Source of the DNA: an uncultured Chloroflexia bacterium
GTDB lineage: Bacteria > Chloroflexota > Ktedonobacteria > Ktedonobacterales > JADMIN01
NCBI GenBank assembly: GCA_963718915.1
Contig: CAVRAI010000007.1
Location: 465,668 to 497,667, forward strand
Length of the DNA: 32,000 nt
Direction: 5' to 3'
Shown here: piece by piece, positions 1 through 8,501 of the stretch
Numbering within the stretch: the stretch's first letter is position 1
How the letters are laid out: each line of letters begins with the position of its first letter
Notes under the pieces: model-generated
What the model was told of the DNA's origin: nothing
The model's database searches: none
What the model saw: only the letters and a program-made list of their open reading frames with translations
Made by a program: the position numbers and the translations under genes

Positions 1-1
1 G

Positions 2-1054
2 CTCGAAGCATTCTCCGCCGCGCTCGGGCGCTGGAGCGTCCCGCAGCACGATATGTGGTATGCGTATCCCGACAACATCCCGGCAGCACGCGCGGTGGTT
101 GCCGCGTCACTGCGCGAGCGACGCGGACAGCCGTTCGAGGATGACGATATCTTTCTGACGAACGGCGCGTTCGCGGGCCTGGCGGCGGCGCTTACGCTGG
201 TGGTCGATCCAGGCGATGAGGTCATTTTCCTCAGTCCGCCCTGGTTCTTCTACGAAGCGCTCATCACGGCGACTGGTGGCGTTCCGGTACGCGTCCGGGT
301 GGATCAGACGACATTCGGCCCTGACCTTAGCGCGCTAGATACCGCCATCACCAGCCGCACGCGCGCGATCATCGTCAACTCGCCCAACAACCCTACCGGC
401 AGAATCTATCCGCCCGCCACGCTCACGGCGCTGAGCCAACTGCTCGCCGATGCCAGCGCGCACAACGGGCGACCAATCTATCTGCTTTCGGACGAGGCGT
501 ATTGCCGTATCCTCTATGATAGCAACGACTATCACAGCCCATCGTCCTTTTATCCCAACACATTCGTCATCTACACCTATGGCAAGACACTGCTCACGCC
601 TGGGCAACGCATCGGCTACATCGCGCTGCCGCCGACTATGCCGGAGCGGGAAAGCATTCGTAGCGGCCTGTTCGTCGCGCAGTTGATGACTGGCTATGCG
701 TTTCCCAACGCGCTGCTTCAGCATGCGTTGCCCGATCTGGAAAAGCTTTCGATTGACATACCGCACCTCCAGCGCAAGCGCGATACGATGGTGGCGGCCC
801 TGCGTGAGATGGGCTACACCGTCCACGTGCCTGAGGGGACCTTTTACCTGCTGCCGCGCTCACCGCTTGCCGACGATCTTGCCTTCATCGAACTGCTCGC
901 CCAACACGATGTCTTCTGCCTGCCAGGCACAGTCGTCGAGATGCCCGGCTATTTCCGTATCTCGCTCACCGCCAGCGACGAGATGATTACGCGCGCGCTG
1001 CCCGGATTCGCCGCCGCGCTCCGGGAGGCCGCCGCTCACACTAGCGAGCACTAG
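2..1054 (+). CDS. Class I/II PLP-dependent aminotransferase (5' end outside window)
   Basis: ORF 53..1054 stays open upstream to base 2, so the N-terminus is off-window. Motifs NSPNNPTG and YGKTL..PGQRIGY (PLP-lysine region) are typical of fold-type I aminotransferases. Confidence 0.85.
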   Translation, partial: LEAFSAALGRWSVPQHDMWYAYPDNIPAARAVVAASLRERRGQPFEDDDIFLTNGAFAGLAAALTLVVDPGDEVIFLSPPWFFYEALITATGGVPVRVRVDQTTFGPDLSALDTAITSRTRAIIVNSPNNPTGRIYPPATLTALSQLLADASAHNGRPIYLLSDEAYCRILYDSNDYHSPSSFYPNTFVIYTYGKTLLTPGQRIGYIALPPTMPERESIRSGLFVAQLMTGYAFPNALLQHALPDLEKLSIDIPHLQRKRDTMVAALREMGYTVHVPEGTFYLLPRSPLADDLAFIELLAQHDVFCLPGTVVEMPGYFRISLTASDEMITRALPGFAAALREAAAHTSEH

Positions 1055-1074
1055 TGTGGAATGTGCGAACGGTG

Positions 1075-1257
1075 TGGCTGGCGGTTCATGGACTTTAAGA
1101 AATGCCTCTGTACAACGTGCCGGGTGAGCCAGCAGGAGCCTGCCAGCGACTGGGCTGGGGATGCGGGAAATTCGCCGTAGCGTTAACGCTACGGCCAGCT
1201 CGCCTCACCGCAATGCCCCTGTCCGTCGCGATTTCTAAAACGACATGAACCGCCAGC
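1075..1257. repeat. ~183-bp imperfect palindromic element between convergent gene ends
   Basis: Perfect 15-bp terminal inverted repeats GGCTGGCGGTTCATG (1075-1089) and CATGAACCGCCAGCC (1243-1257). Perfect 22-bp central palindrome GCCGTAGCGTTAACGCTACGGC (1173-1194). No convincing ORF. Confidence 0.6.
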
Positions 1258-1261
1258 CGTA

Positions 1262-2029
1262 TCACTGTTCGGTTCCAGCCATTGGCCGAGTTGCCTTCTG
1301 CAGCTTCTCGTCTGGGGTCGGATGTTCATGACCGGTGCGCTCCAGCCGTTGCCGCGCCTGTGTGAGGATACCCGACTCCACAATCTCCATCAGCTCATCC
1401 AGGTCATCGGTGATCGTCCAGATGGTCAGGTCATGGGCGGCGACGGTATGCAGGCCTTCGAGCATCACCGAGTGCATCCAGTTCGTGAGCGGCTCCCAGA
1501 AACTCTTGCCGAACAAAATGATGGGGACAGTATTATCCAGCTTACCCGTCTGCACCAGTGTGATGAGCTCGAAGAACTCGTCAAGTGTGCCAAAGCCGCC
1601 GGGGAAGAAGATATAGGCCTCGGCGGAGAAGTCCAGCATGACCTTGCGACTGAAGAAGTAGTGAAAGCTGATCGAGCGACGCACGTACGGATTGATGCGC
1701 TGTTCATGGGGAAGTTCAATATTGATGCCCACCGAATTGCCGCCAGCGTCCAATGCGCCGTGGTTGCCCGCCTGCATCACACCGGGGCCACCGCCCGTCA
1801 CGACGGTGTAGCCCTGCTGAGCCAGACGTCGCCCCAGTTCGTAGGCCTGCTGACAATACGGGCTATGTTGCGCCAACCGCGCCGAGCCAAAGATCGTGAC
1901 GCTACGCTCGATGTTGCCCAAAAAGGTAAAGCCACTGACGAACTCGCTCATAATACGAAAAATGCGCCAGCTTGGTGTTGTGTCGAACTCGGAATGATTT
2001 CCGCCTGCTGGATCTGATGAACGCCCCAT
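1262..2029 (-). CDS. LOG-family (TIGR00730-type) Rossmann-fold nucleotide-binding protein
   Basis: 255-aa ORF with the hallmark LOG motifs GGGPGVM and PGGFGTLDE. Confidence 0.85.
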   Translation of the reverse strand: MGRSSDPAGGNHSEFDTTPSWRIFRIMSEFVSGFTFLGNIERSVTIFGSARLAQHSPYCQQAYELGRRLAQQGYTVVTGGGPGVMQAGNHGALDAGGNSVGINIELPHEQRINPYVRRSISFHYFFSRKVMLDFSAEAYIFFPGGFGTLDEFFELITLVQTGKLDNTVPIILFGKSFWEPLTNWMHSVMLEGLHTVAAHDLTIWTITDDLDELMEIVESGILTQARQRLERTGHEHPTPDEKLQKATRPMAGTEQ

Positions 2030-2031
2030 GA

Positions 2032-2862
2032 TTAATCTTTCCTCTCTACAGGTGCTGGCGTTGCGGATGTGGTCTCTTCTCTACGCTGAGCATCGCCCGC
2101 GCGTTGCGGGTTCCGCGACCGTGACCGCAGCAGGCGGTCTGCCACCCAGGGAAGCGCCCGTTCGGCCCAGATCGCTGGACGATAGTAGCGCGGCGCCACT
2201 ACTTCCCTGCGCGGATGCGCCACCAGATCCCCTATGGCGCGTGCCACGATTTCTGGTCCCGGCAGCCCTCGCCGCGAGCCATCAGTCATATTGGAGCGGA
2301 TAAACCCTGGCGAGACAACCGAGACCGAGACTCCGCTGCCCGTGAGCTGGCGTCGCAGCGAGAGCGAGAAGCCGCGAACAGCGTATTTTGTCGCGGAATA
2401 GATCGGATCGACGGCGACATGCCCCGCCACTGATGCGACCGAGATGACCGCGCCGTGGCGGCGTTCGAGCATCCCTGGCAGCACGGCGTGGGTCAGCAGC
2501 GCCACGCCGCGCAGGTTCGTATCCAGCATCCGCTCGATATCCTCGCGCGACATCCTGGCAAACGAACGTATCGAGCCGATGCCCGCGTTGTTCACAAGAA
2601 TATCGATCCGCCCGTAATGCTCGATGGCGCGCGCCACTAGCGCATCAATCTGGGCTGTATCGGTGACATCGGTAGGAATCGCGATTGCCTCGCCCCCTGA
2701 CAGCGTGATCGCCTGGGCCTCGGCGTCCAGCAGGTCGGTTCGCCGCGCCGCCAGCACAATGCGTGCGCCACGCCGCGCCAACTCGCGTGCGGTGGCCGCG
2801 CCTATGCCCGAGCTGGACCCGGTCACCAGCGCAACCTGACCGGCCAGTGGTTTTCTCTCCAT
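2032..2862 (-). CDS. Short-chain dehydrogenase/reductase (SDR) family oxidoreductase
   Basis: TGSSSGIGAA (TGxxxGxG), NNAG and YSATK (YxxxK) motifs. GGAG-type RBS region just upstream of the start. Confidence 0.9.
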   Translation of the reverse strand: MERKPLAGQVALVTGSSSGIGAATARELARRGARIVLAARRTDLLDAEAQAITLSGGEAIAIPTDVTDTAQIDALVARAIEHYGRIDILVNNAGIGSIRSFARMSREDIERMLDTNLRGVALLTHAVLPGMLERRHGAVISVASVAGHVAVDPIYSATKYAVRGFSLSLRRQLTGSGVSVSVVSPGFIRSNMTDGSRRGLPGPEIVARAIGDLVAHPRREVVAPRYYRPAIWAERALPWVADRLLRSRSRNPQRAGDAQRREETTSATPAPVERKD

Positions 2863-3207
2863 GTGGTATCTCCCTCCAAGAGATTATGCCCCGCGGGTAT
2901 CGCCTCAGATGATGTGAAACGAGCATAGCACGGCAACCGAGCGCGCACAGCACACTGGTCATTCAGCATCAGAACCGGGCGGCGGAAACGTGACCGCCTG
3001 AACGCGCGGCGCGTCGTAACTGGCGTCGGGTAGCTTCATATGCTCTCATCGTACACTCATGTAACGCGAACCTGTGATGAAGAGATAGCGTTTTCGGAAC
3101 GGGCAGGGCGCGCACAACTTTCGATGCAACGAACCGTATGTTCTAGTGATGAGAGGCGAGTCCGGCGCGCACCTCCCGTGGTCAAGGATTTGTGGAGGAA
3201 GAGAACG

Positions 3208-3564
3208 ATGGGAAAACTGGCCTGGTTCACAGTCGGGGTCATTGCTGGTCTGAGTGCGGCGGCTATCGGACAGGAGCTTGCCCTTCACCCCAAAGAGCGC
3301 ACCTGGAAGGGTAAAGTCGCGGGTGTCCCTTACAACTTCCATGTGGCTGAGTGGGGCGAGGTTGCCAGGGGGTATTGGGATCCCGCGAACGAGCAGGTGC
3401 TGTCGTCGCGTGGCATTGGCCTCGGCTGGGGCCTGAACTTCGCCGCCGTCACACAGAAGGCGCAGGGGCTGGTGGAAAACGTACAGCATATGGTGCAACA
3501 GACAGGTGATTCAGCGGCACAATCGAATCACCATCAACAGATATCGGAGCCGGTTGAGAAGTAG
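3208..3564 (+). CDS. Small membrane protein, DUF5808-like (from memory, low certainty)
   Basis: ATG at 3208 follows GGAGGA (3193-3198). The ORF-track start at 3040 has no RBS. N-terminal TM helix, then a VPYNF...WDP...GIGLGWGLNF segment. Confidence 0.5.
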   Translation: MGKLAWFTVGVIAGLSAAAIGQELALHPKERTWKGKVAGVPYNFHVAEWGEVARGYWDPANEQVLSSRGIGLGWGLNFAAVTQKAQGLVENVQHMVQQTGDSAAQSNHHQQISEPVEK

Positions 3565-3665
3565 CGCATGGGCTGGTCGTGTTCGGAGCGCCTCTGGCTC
3601 CGCTCTCGTTCCCACGACCGGCAAGATGCGCTCATCACGGCTCCTCACCTCTGGAGGCGGTTGGC

Positions 3666-4481
3666 ATGCTTGCCACTGACCCATTATCCCTCGTGTTTAT
3701 CGGCTGCGCGGTATTCTCAGGCGCATTCCTGGTGATCTCAACGCTCCTGGGCGCCGGAGAGAGCCACTTTGGCCATCTCGGTGGACATGCCGATGGCCAC
3801 GACCTTCACGTTGGCCACGCCGATAGTGGTGGCGCGGGCCATGCGGCGCACGCAGCCGATGGCGGCCATGCCATGCACGGAGCGCACGCGCACGCGGACG
3901 GCGCGCACGCGGACGGCAGCTCCGCGCAGACGGTCGCCGCGCCCTCAGTGTGGGCCTCGATTTCGAATACCCTCCTCGGCGCTCTCAACCTCTACGGGCT
4001 GCTGATGTTCCTGCTCATTTTCGGGCTGGTGGGCTATGTGGCCCATGCAGTACTCGGCTGGGGTGTCCTGTTCGTCTTGCTGGTACCACTCCTCTTCGGC
4101 GTGGCGTGCGCCATCGGGGTGACAACGCTGCTCCATATCGTCTTTGCCACCAGCAAAGATACCGTGCTGACAGCAACTGACGCGCGGCTGGAGGGACACC
4201 TGGGGACCGTGACGATGACCATTCGCGCGGGCGGAACCGGCGAGATCGTCTTCACACGCAAAGCGGGCGGACGACAGAGTATAGGCGCGCGCAGCGCCAG
4301 TGGCGAGGCGATAGCGGCGGGATCCGAGGTGGTCATTCTGGATTACCAGGACGGTATCGCCAGCGTGCAGTCCTGGGACGATTTCATGGTCACCACGCGC
4401 GCTGGCGTCCTGCCAAAACTTGCGCCGATAGAGGCCGAACCGCCGACGTTGCCGACGCCCGATCAGCCCAAAGAGGGGTGA
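3666..4481 (+). CDS. NfeD/YqiJ-like membrane protein with His-rich insert (flotillin partner)
   Basis: ATG 3666 follows GGAGG (3652-3656). TM helices. The C-terminal segment GTVTMTIRAGGTGEIVF...GSEVVILDYQDGIASV resembles the NfeD OB-fold. Lies directly upstream of a flotillin gene, as in the yqiJ-yqiK and yuaF-floT pairs. Confidence 0.6.
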   Translation: MLATDPLSLVFIGCAVFSGAFLVISTLLGAGESHFGHLGGHADGHDLHVGHADSGGAGHAAHAADGGHAMHGAHAHADGAHADGSSAQTVAAPSVWASISNTLLGALNLYGLLMFLLIFGLVGYVAHAVLGWGVLFVLLVPLLFGVACAIGVTTLLHIVFATSKDTVLTATDARLEGHLGTVTMTIRAGGTGEIVFTRKAGGRQSIGARSASGEAIAAGSEVVILDYQDGIASVQSWDDFMVTTRAGVLPKLAPIEAEPPTLPTPDQPKEG

Positions 4482-4563
4482 TATACGCGCTCGATTGATC
4501 ACTAGATCACTATCCGCATGAATACTCGCATGGCCGTCATTCGGATGATGGGGAGGGACAGAC

Positions 4564-6288
4564 ATGGGTCCGTTGATCACAGTGGTTCTGGTAGTTATCC
4601 TGATAGTGGTAGCCGTACTGCTCGTACTCAACCTGTATGGGCGTATGTTCCGCAAGGTCGGTCCGAACCAGGCGCTGATTGTCTATGGCGCGGGCGGCCA
4701 GCGTATTCTGACGGGCGGCGGCACGCTGGTCATTCCACTGGTGCAGGAGTCGAAGCTCTTCTCACTGGAACTGATGTCATTCGACGTTGCGCCGCAGCAG
4801 AACCTCTATACGAATCAGGGCGTCTCGGTGAAGGTGGAGGCGGTCACGCAGCTCAAAGTGCGCTCGGATCGCGAGAGCATTCTGACTGCCGCCGAGCAGT
4901 TCCTGAGCAAGACGCCGCAGGATCGCGAGGCGATGATCCGGCTGGTGATGGAAGGCCACCTGCGCGGCATCGTCGGCCTATTGACCGTCGAGCAGATCGT
5001 CAAAGAGCCGGAGATGGTCAGCGAAAAGATGCGTTCGACAAGTTCCGCCGACCTGGCGAAGATGGGCCTGGAGGTTGTCTCGTTCACGATCAAAGAAGTG
5101 CGCGACGAGAACGAATACATCTCCAACATGGGCCGACCAGAGATCGAGCGTATCAAGAAAGAGGCGAATATCGCCGCCGCGCTGGCCGCCCGCGATACGC
5201 AGATTCAGCAGGCGTCAGCCGCCCGTGAATCTGCGGTGGCCAAGTCGAGCGCTGACCAGGCTCGTGTCGAGGCGGAGGCAGCTTCGCAGACGAAACAGGC
5301 GGAATTCCAGCGTGACCTGGCCCTCAAGCGCGCCGAGTATGACGCCGAGGTGAAGAAGCAGGAAGTCATCGCCGATAAAGCAACCGAATTGCAGGCGCAG
5401 GTCGTCCAGCAACAGATCGTGGCTGAGACGGCGAAGGCGCAGGAGATCGACCGCACCGCGCAGATCAAGGTACAAGAGGCCGAGGGACAGCGCCGCAAGA
5501 TGGAGCTTGAGGCGACGATTATCAAAGGAGCCGAGGCGGAAAGGCAGCGTGTCACCGCGTTGGCGGATGCAGAACGGCAGCGCATGTCATTGGAAGCCGA
5601 TGGGCGTGCTGCGGCGTTACGCGCTCAGGCATCGGCGGAAGCTGAGGCGGCGAAGGTACGCGGCGCAGCAGATGCTGAGGCAGCACGGCTACGCGGCATG
5701 GCCGAGGCGGATGTCATCCGGGCAAAGGGCGAGGCGGAGGCGGAGGCGATGCGCGTCAAGGCAGCCGCCTACAATGAGTACAATCAGGCCGCTGTGCTCG
5801 ATAAAATCATCACCAATCTTCCGGAGGTGGTGCGTGCGATTGCCGAGCCGCTAGCGAAGGTGGACAAGATCAGCATCGTCTCGACCGGCGGCGCGAACGG
5901 CAGCAACCTTGGCGCCAGCCGCATAACAGGCGATGTGGTGAACATGCTGGCCCAGATGCCAGTAATTCTGGAGGCGCTCACGGGCGTCAAGATGAGCGAC
6001 CTGATGGCGCGCGTTCCGGGCTTGCGTACGGTAGAAGGCTCGACCGGCGATGGGGCGCCTGGCGGCGTGGATGGCGCGGCGGGTGCGAACGGCGCCAATG
6101 GAGCGAATGGGACCAGCGAGACGCCAGCTACGCCGACGGTTCAGCGGGTGAAGGTGCCCGCGCCAGAGACGGACGATACGCCTGCCCCGAGCGTTCCGGT
6201 CAGCTCAGATCACCCTTCCACGAACAATTCGGCCAGTGGCGCACCCGACGGGCCAGCGACCGGACCTCGCAAGCAGCCAATGCGCTAA
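4564..6288 (+). CDS. Flotillin-family SPFH/band-7 protein (FloT/YqiK-like)
   Basis: 574 aa with an N-terminal TM, an SPFH domain and a long Ala/Glu-rich coiled-coil (EAEAA... repeats). Low-complexity GANGANGANG / Pro-rich tail. RBS GGGAGGG upstream. Confidence 0.85.
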   Translation: MGPLITVVLVVILIVVAVLLVLNLYGRMFRKVGPNQALIVYGAGGQRILTGGGTLVIPLVQESKLFSLELMSFDVAPQQNLYTNQGVSVKVEAVTQLKVRSDRESILTAAEQFLSKTPQDREAMIRLVMEGHLRGIVGLLTVEQIVKEPEMVSEKMRSTSSADLAKMGLEVVSFTIKEVRDENEYISNMGRPEIERIKKEANIAAALAARDTQIQQASAARESAVAKSSADQARVEAEAASQTKQAEFQRDLALKRAEYDAEVKKQEVIADKATELQAQVVQQQIVAETAKAQEIDRTAQIKVQEAEGQRRKMELEATIIKGAEAERQRVTALADAERQRMSLEADGRAAALRAQASAEAEAAKVRGAADAEAARLRGMAEADVIRAKGEAEAEAMRVKAAAYNEYNQAAVLDKIITNLPEVVRAIAEPLAKVDKISIVSTGGANGSNLGASRITGDVVNMLAQMPVILEALTGVKMSDLMARVPGLRTVEGSTGDGAPGGVDGAAGANGANGANGTSETPATPTVQRVKVPAPETDDTPAPSVPVSSDHPSTNNSASGAPDGPATGPRKQPMR

Positions 6289-6290
6289 CG

Positions 6291-6330
6291 ATCAGGCGTC
6301 AATCAGGCGTCAATCAGGCGTCAATCAGGG
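6291..6330. repeat. Tandem repeat, 11-bp unit ATCAGGCGTCA x ~3.6
   Basis: Read directly. Perfect copies at 6291-6301, 6302-6312 and 6313-6323, then a partial copy at 6324-6330. Begins 2 nt after the flotillin stop. Confidence 0.95.
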
Positions 6331-6358
6331 CTATTTCCTCAGGGAGATGGCCCTGATT
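6323..6358 (+). terminator. Candidate stem-loop terminator after the flotillin gene
   Basis: 9-bp stem AATCAGGGC (6323-6331) / GCCCTGATT (6350-6358), followed by CCTTTTCC. The 18-nt loop is long for an intrinsic terminator. Confidence 0.35.
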
Positions 6359-6370
6359 CCTTTTCCTAAC

Positions 6371-6399
6371 TTGACAAGTCGCCTGGTACTCGCTATCAT
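6371..6399 (+). promoter_or_regulatory. Sigma70-type promoter, TTGACA-17 bp-TATCAT
   Basis: -35 TTGACA at 6371-6376, exact 17-bp spacer, -10 TATCAT at 6394-6399. About 180 nt upstream of the 6583 start. Confidence 0.5.
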
Positions 6400-6582
6400 G
6401 GCTGAGATTGGGTTATCACTACGGTTTGCAGGCATCGTCCATCGGGAGCCATACGGGCGCTCTAAGTAACGAATGCGCCTGTTCCATGCGCCATGATGCG
6501 GCGCGCGCTTGTTCGTAGATCACGGGGCACGCGGGCAAAGGAGAGAATACGGCTCGCCAACGCTCATTTCGGAAGGGTAATC

Positions 6583-7566
6583 ATGACACCCAGGCAGCGG
6601 ATTGCTATTCGGTTCGCTTTCGCCCTCATCGCCATCTCCGGTGGATTGCTGGCTATCGCGCTCACGCATACCAACACTGAAGCCAGTTGCTCCACCTGCA
6701 ACGGCACGTACTACGGCGTGAATGAGACCCTGATGAATGAGGCAATCGGTGGCAACATTTGGCCCCAGGCGCTCAGCAACGCCTGCGCGGTGGCGGATGT
6801 TGTTGGGCTGGTCAACTACGACTACCTGAAGGCGGGCAAGTCGCTCAAATTCCCGAATGGCGCCTACCAGACGTCTGTGGAGGACTACAACCAGACATCT
6901 GGCAGCAGCCAGTGGGGATACGCAAAACCAACCAACCAGGTGGGCGGCATCACAAACATCGCCCCTGATTTTGGGAATGACCCGCGCTCTGCCGCCAATG
7001 ACGTGCAGCACTATGACGTCGGTGGCAGCGCGATCCACAATTATGTCTATCGCTGGCAGTTTGCCCACAGGATACAGCCCTCGTACTCTCAACAGGTGCA
7101 GGAGGCGACGACGCTTGTTGTGCGCGGATTGGAGAATACGCAGGAACCGGCCATAGTATTTATCAACGGCGGTCTGCACTCTGTGCTGGTGACGGGCGCA
7201 TGGTCCTCGAACAACCCCAATACACACTTCCCAGCAAATATTCAGGGACTGGTCTACCGCGATTCCGAGGGAAATTCATCGACCAGCAGACAGGAGATCC
7301 CGATAAGCACCTGGATTGGCGGCCATTTCTCCAACCAGTTCGGCGTCTACTCGCTCTGGTCGCTCTATTATGGCGACCGTTACAAGATAGGCGACATGCG
7401 CAACACGTTAGACCCTGAGCCGATAGTTGGCCCGTACAAGCCATCGGCCCGATTTCCGCATCACTGGTACCTGGGCTTCGCCTGGGTACAACATGACAGC
7501 ACCACCGCCTACAACGCGGATTGGGCTTTCAATGCGCTAACCGGTCGCGTCATGTTGACTCCATAG
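6583..7566 (+). CDS. Membrane-anchored hypothetical protein, candidate papain-fold (C39-like) cysteine peptidase
   Basis: ATG 6583 after GGAAGGG. N-terminal TM. Q-x5-C arrangement (WPQALSNAC), which is the papain Gln19/Cys25 spacing. Later GGLHSVLVTG (H-x-hydrophobic-x-G) and LVYRDS. Function is inferred by eye only. Confidence 0.55.
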   Translation: MTPRQRIAIRFAFALIAISGGLLAIALTHTNTEASCSTCNGTYYGVNETLMNEAIGGNIWPQALSNACAVADVVGLVNYDYLKAGKSLKFPNGAYQTSVEDYNQTSGSSQWGYAKPTNQVGGITNIAPDFGNDPRSAANDVQHYDVGGSAIHNYVYRWQFAHRIQPSYSQQVQEATTLVVRGLENTQEPAIVFINGGLHSVLVTGAWSSNNPNTHFPANIQGLVYRDSEGNSSTSRQEIPISTWIGGHFSNQFGVYSLWSLYYGDRYKIGDMRNTLDPEPIVGPYKPSARFPHHWYLGFAWVQHDSTTAYNADWAFNALTGRVMLTP

Positions 7567-7610
7567 AGCAACTGTGGTGTCATTGTCCAGCACGTGTGAG
7601 GTAGTGGAAA

Positions 7611-8396
7611 GTGAGCCAGCACAGGACGCTAGCGCGTCAACGGGGACGTAGAAGTAGAAAAGGCAGAGTCGAGCGCGTCGCGAAAGCGCTCGTGGGCAAT
7701 TTCGTCTATATCATTCTCGGCGGCGCGGCGCTTCTGTTCGCGGGCGTCCTGATTGCCGCCGCACAGCACACCCCCTCAAGCGCGGCAAGCGACACCAGCG
7801 CGACGACGAATTATAGCTCAGGATGGATCCCGCTGCCGTCGAATTCGTCAAGCGCCATCATCGCCGCAGCCCGCAAAAGCGCGCTCTTCAACGTGAATCG
7901 CAAGGGGAGTGGCGACTTCCTGAAAGACCTCTCGCACCTGGAGACTCCGGTTCTCGTGCGCGCGTTACAGGCGCCGGGAAGCGTTGTGATGCCCGACTAC
8001 TATGTGATCCCCATCGATAATGCGGCGGGGAAAATGGTCGGCGCGGCCGAGCTTGAATTGAATGCCTCGCGCACGTCCATACAGGTCACGTCAATCGTCA
8101 CCTATACGAGTCCGCACCCGCATGGTCAGGTGTCTCACGTCGCGATGTCGTCGGCGCTGACAGACCTCTCCAGCCAGCGACGGGTTACGCCGCGCAGTGG
8201 CGCGCAGCCACAACTCGTCTACATCCCCATTGATGCCGCGGCGCTAGAGACGGGGCAGGTCATCTGGAATGGTGGTGGTACCTCTCCCACCGATCCCGTC
8301 TGGTTGATTCCGGGCGCCGATGGCCAGAACCACATCGTCGGAGCCGATGGGCATGCCTACGATATGAGCAGTGTGCCGCTGATGAAACAGCCATGA
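7611..8396 (+). CDS. Membrane-anchored hypothetical protein, two PepSY-like halves (weak)
   Basis: GTG start 44 nt after the previous stop. Basic N-terminus plus a TM. Two similar halves containing YYVIPIDNAAGKMVG and LVYIPIDAAALETGQV. Coding call is moderate and the function call is weak. Confidence 0.5.
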   Translation: MSQHRTLARQRGRRSRKGRVERVAKALVGNFVYIILGGAALLFAGVLIAAAQHTPSSAASDTSATTNYSSGWIPLPSNSSSAIIAAARKSALFNVNRKGSGDFLKDLSHLETPVLVRALQAPGSVVMPDYYVIPIDNAAGKMVGAAELELNASRTSIQVTSIVTYTSPHPHGQVSHVAMSSALTDLSSQRRVTPRSGAQPQLVYIPIDAAALETGQVIWNGGGTSPTDPVWLIPGADGQNHIVGADGHAYDMSSVPLMKQP

Positions 8397-8501
8397 TGAG
8401 GCAGACGGCATTCCGGTAAGATTTCCGACAATTCACTGGGCGCACGGGTGCTACACTAGCCTCCGGCAGCCTTCTCTATTGCGTTGCCGGAAGGGATCAT
8501 C

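Noticed and set aside
3040-3207. Upstream extensions of several ORF-track calls: 3040 for the DUF5808-like gene, 3579 for the NfeD-like gene, 6493, 10740, 17073, 21719, 23073, 26440.
   Set aside because: The extensions lack RBSs, overlap neighbouring genes or terminators, and encode Arg-rich non-protein-like sequence. Internal ATGs preceded by GGAGG-type sites give sensible N-termini.
6040-6130. GANGANGANG and Pro/Thr-rich tail of the flotillin as a separate collagen-like or repeat-encoded feature.
   Set aside because: It is a short low-complexity C-terminal tail contiguous with the flotillin ORF. No independent signal.
8397-8501. Promoter upstream of the kinase gene (..TGCTACACT).
   Set aside because: There is only a weak -10-like hexamer and no acceptable -35 at 16-18 bp. 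Not reported as a feature.
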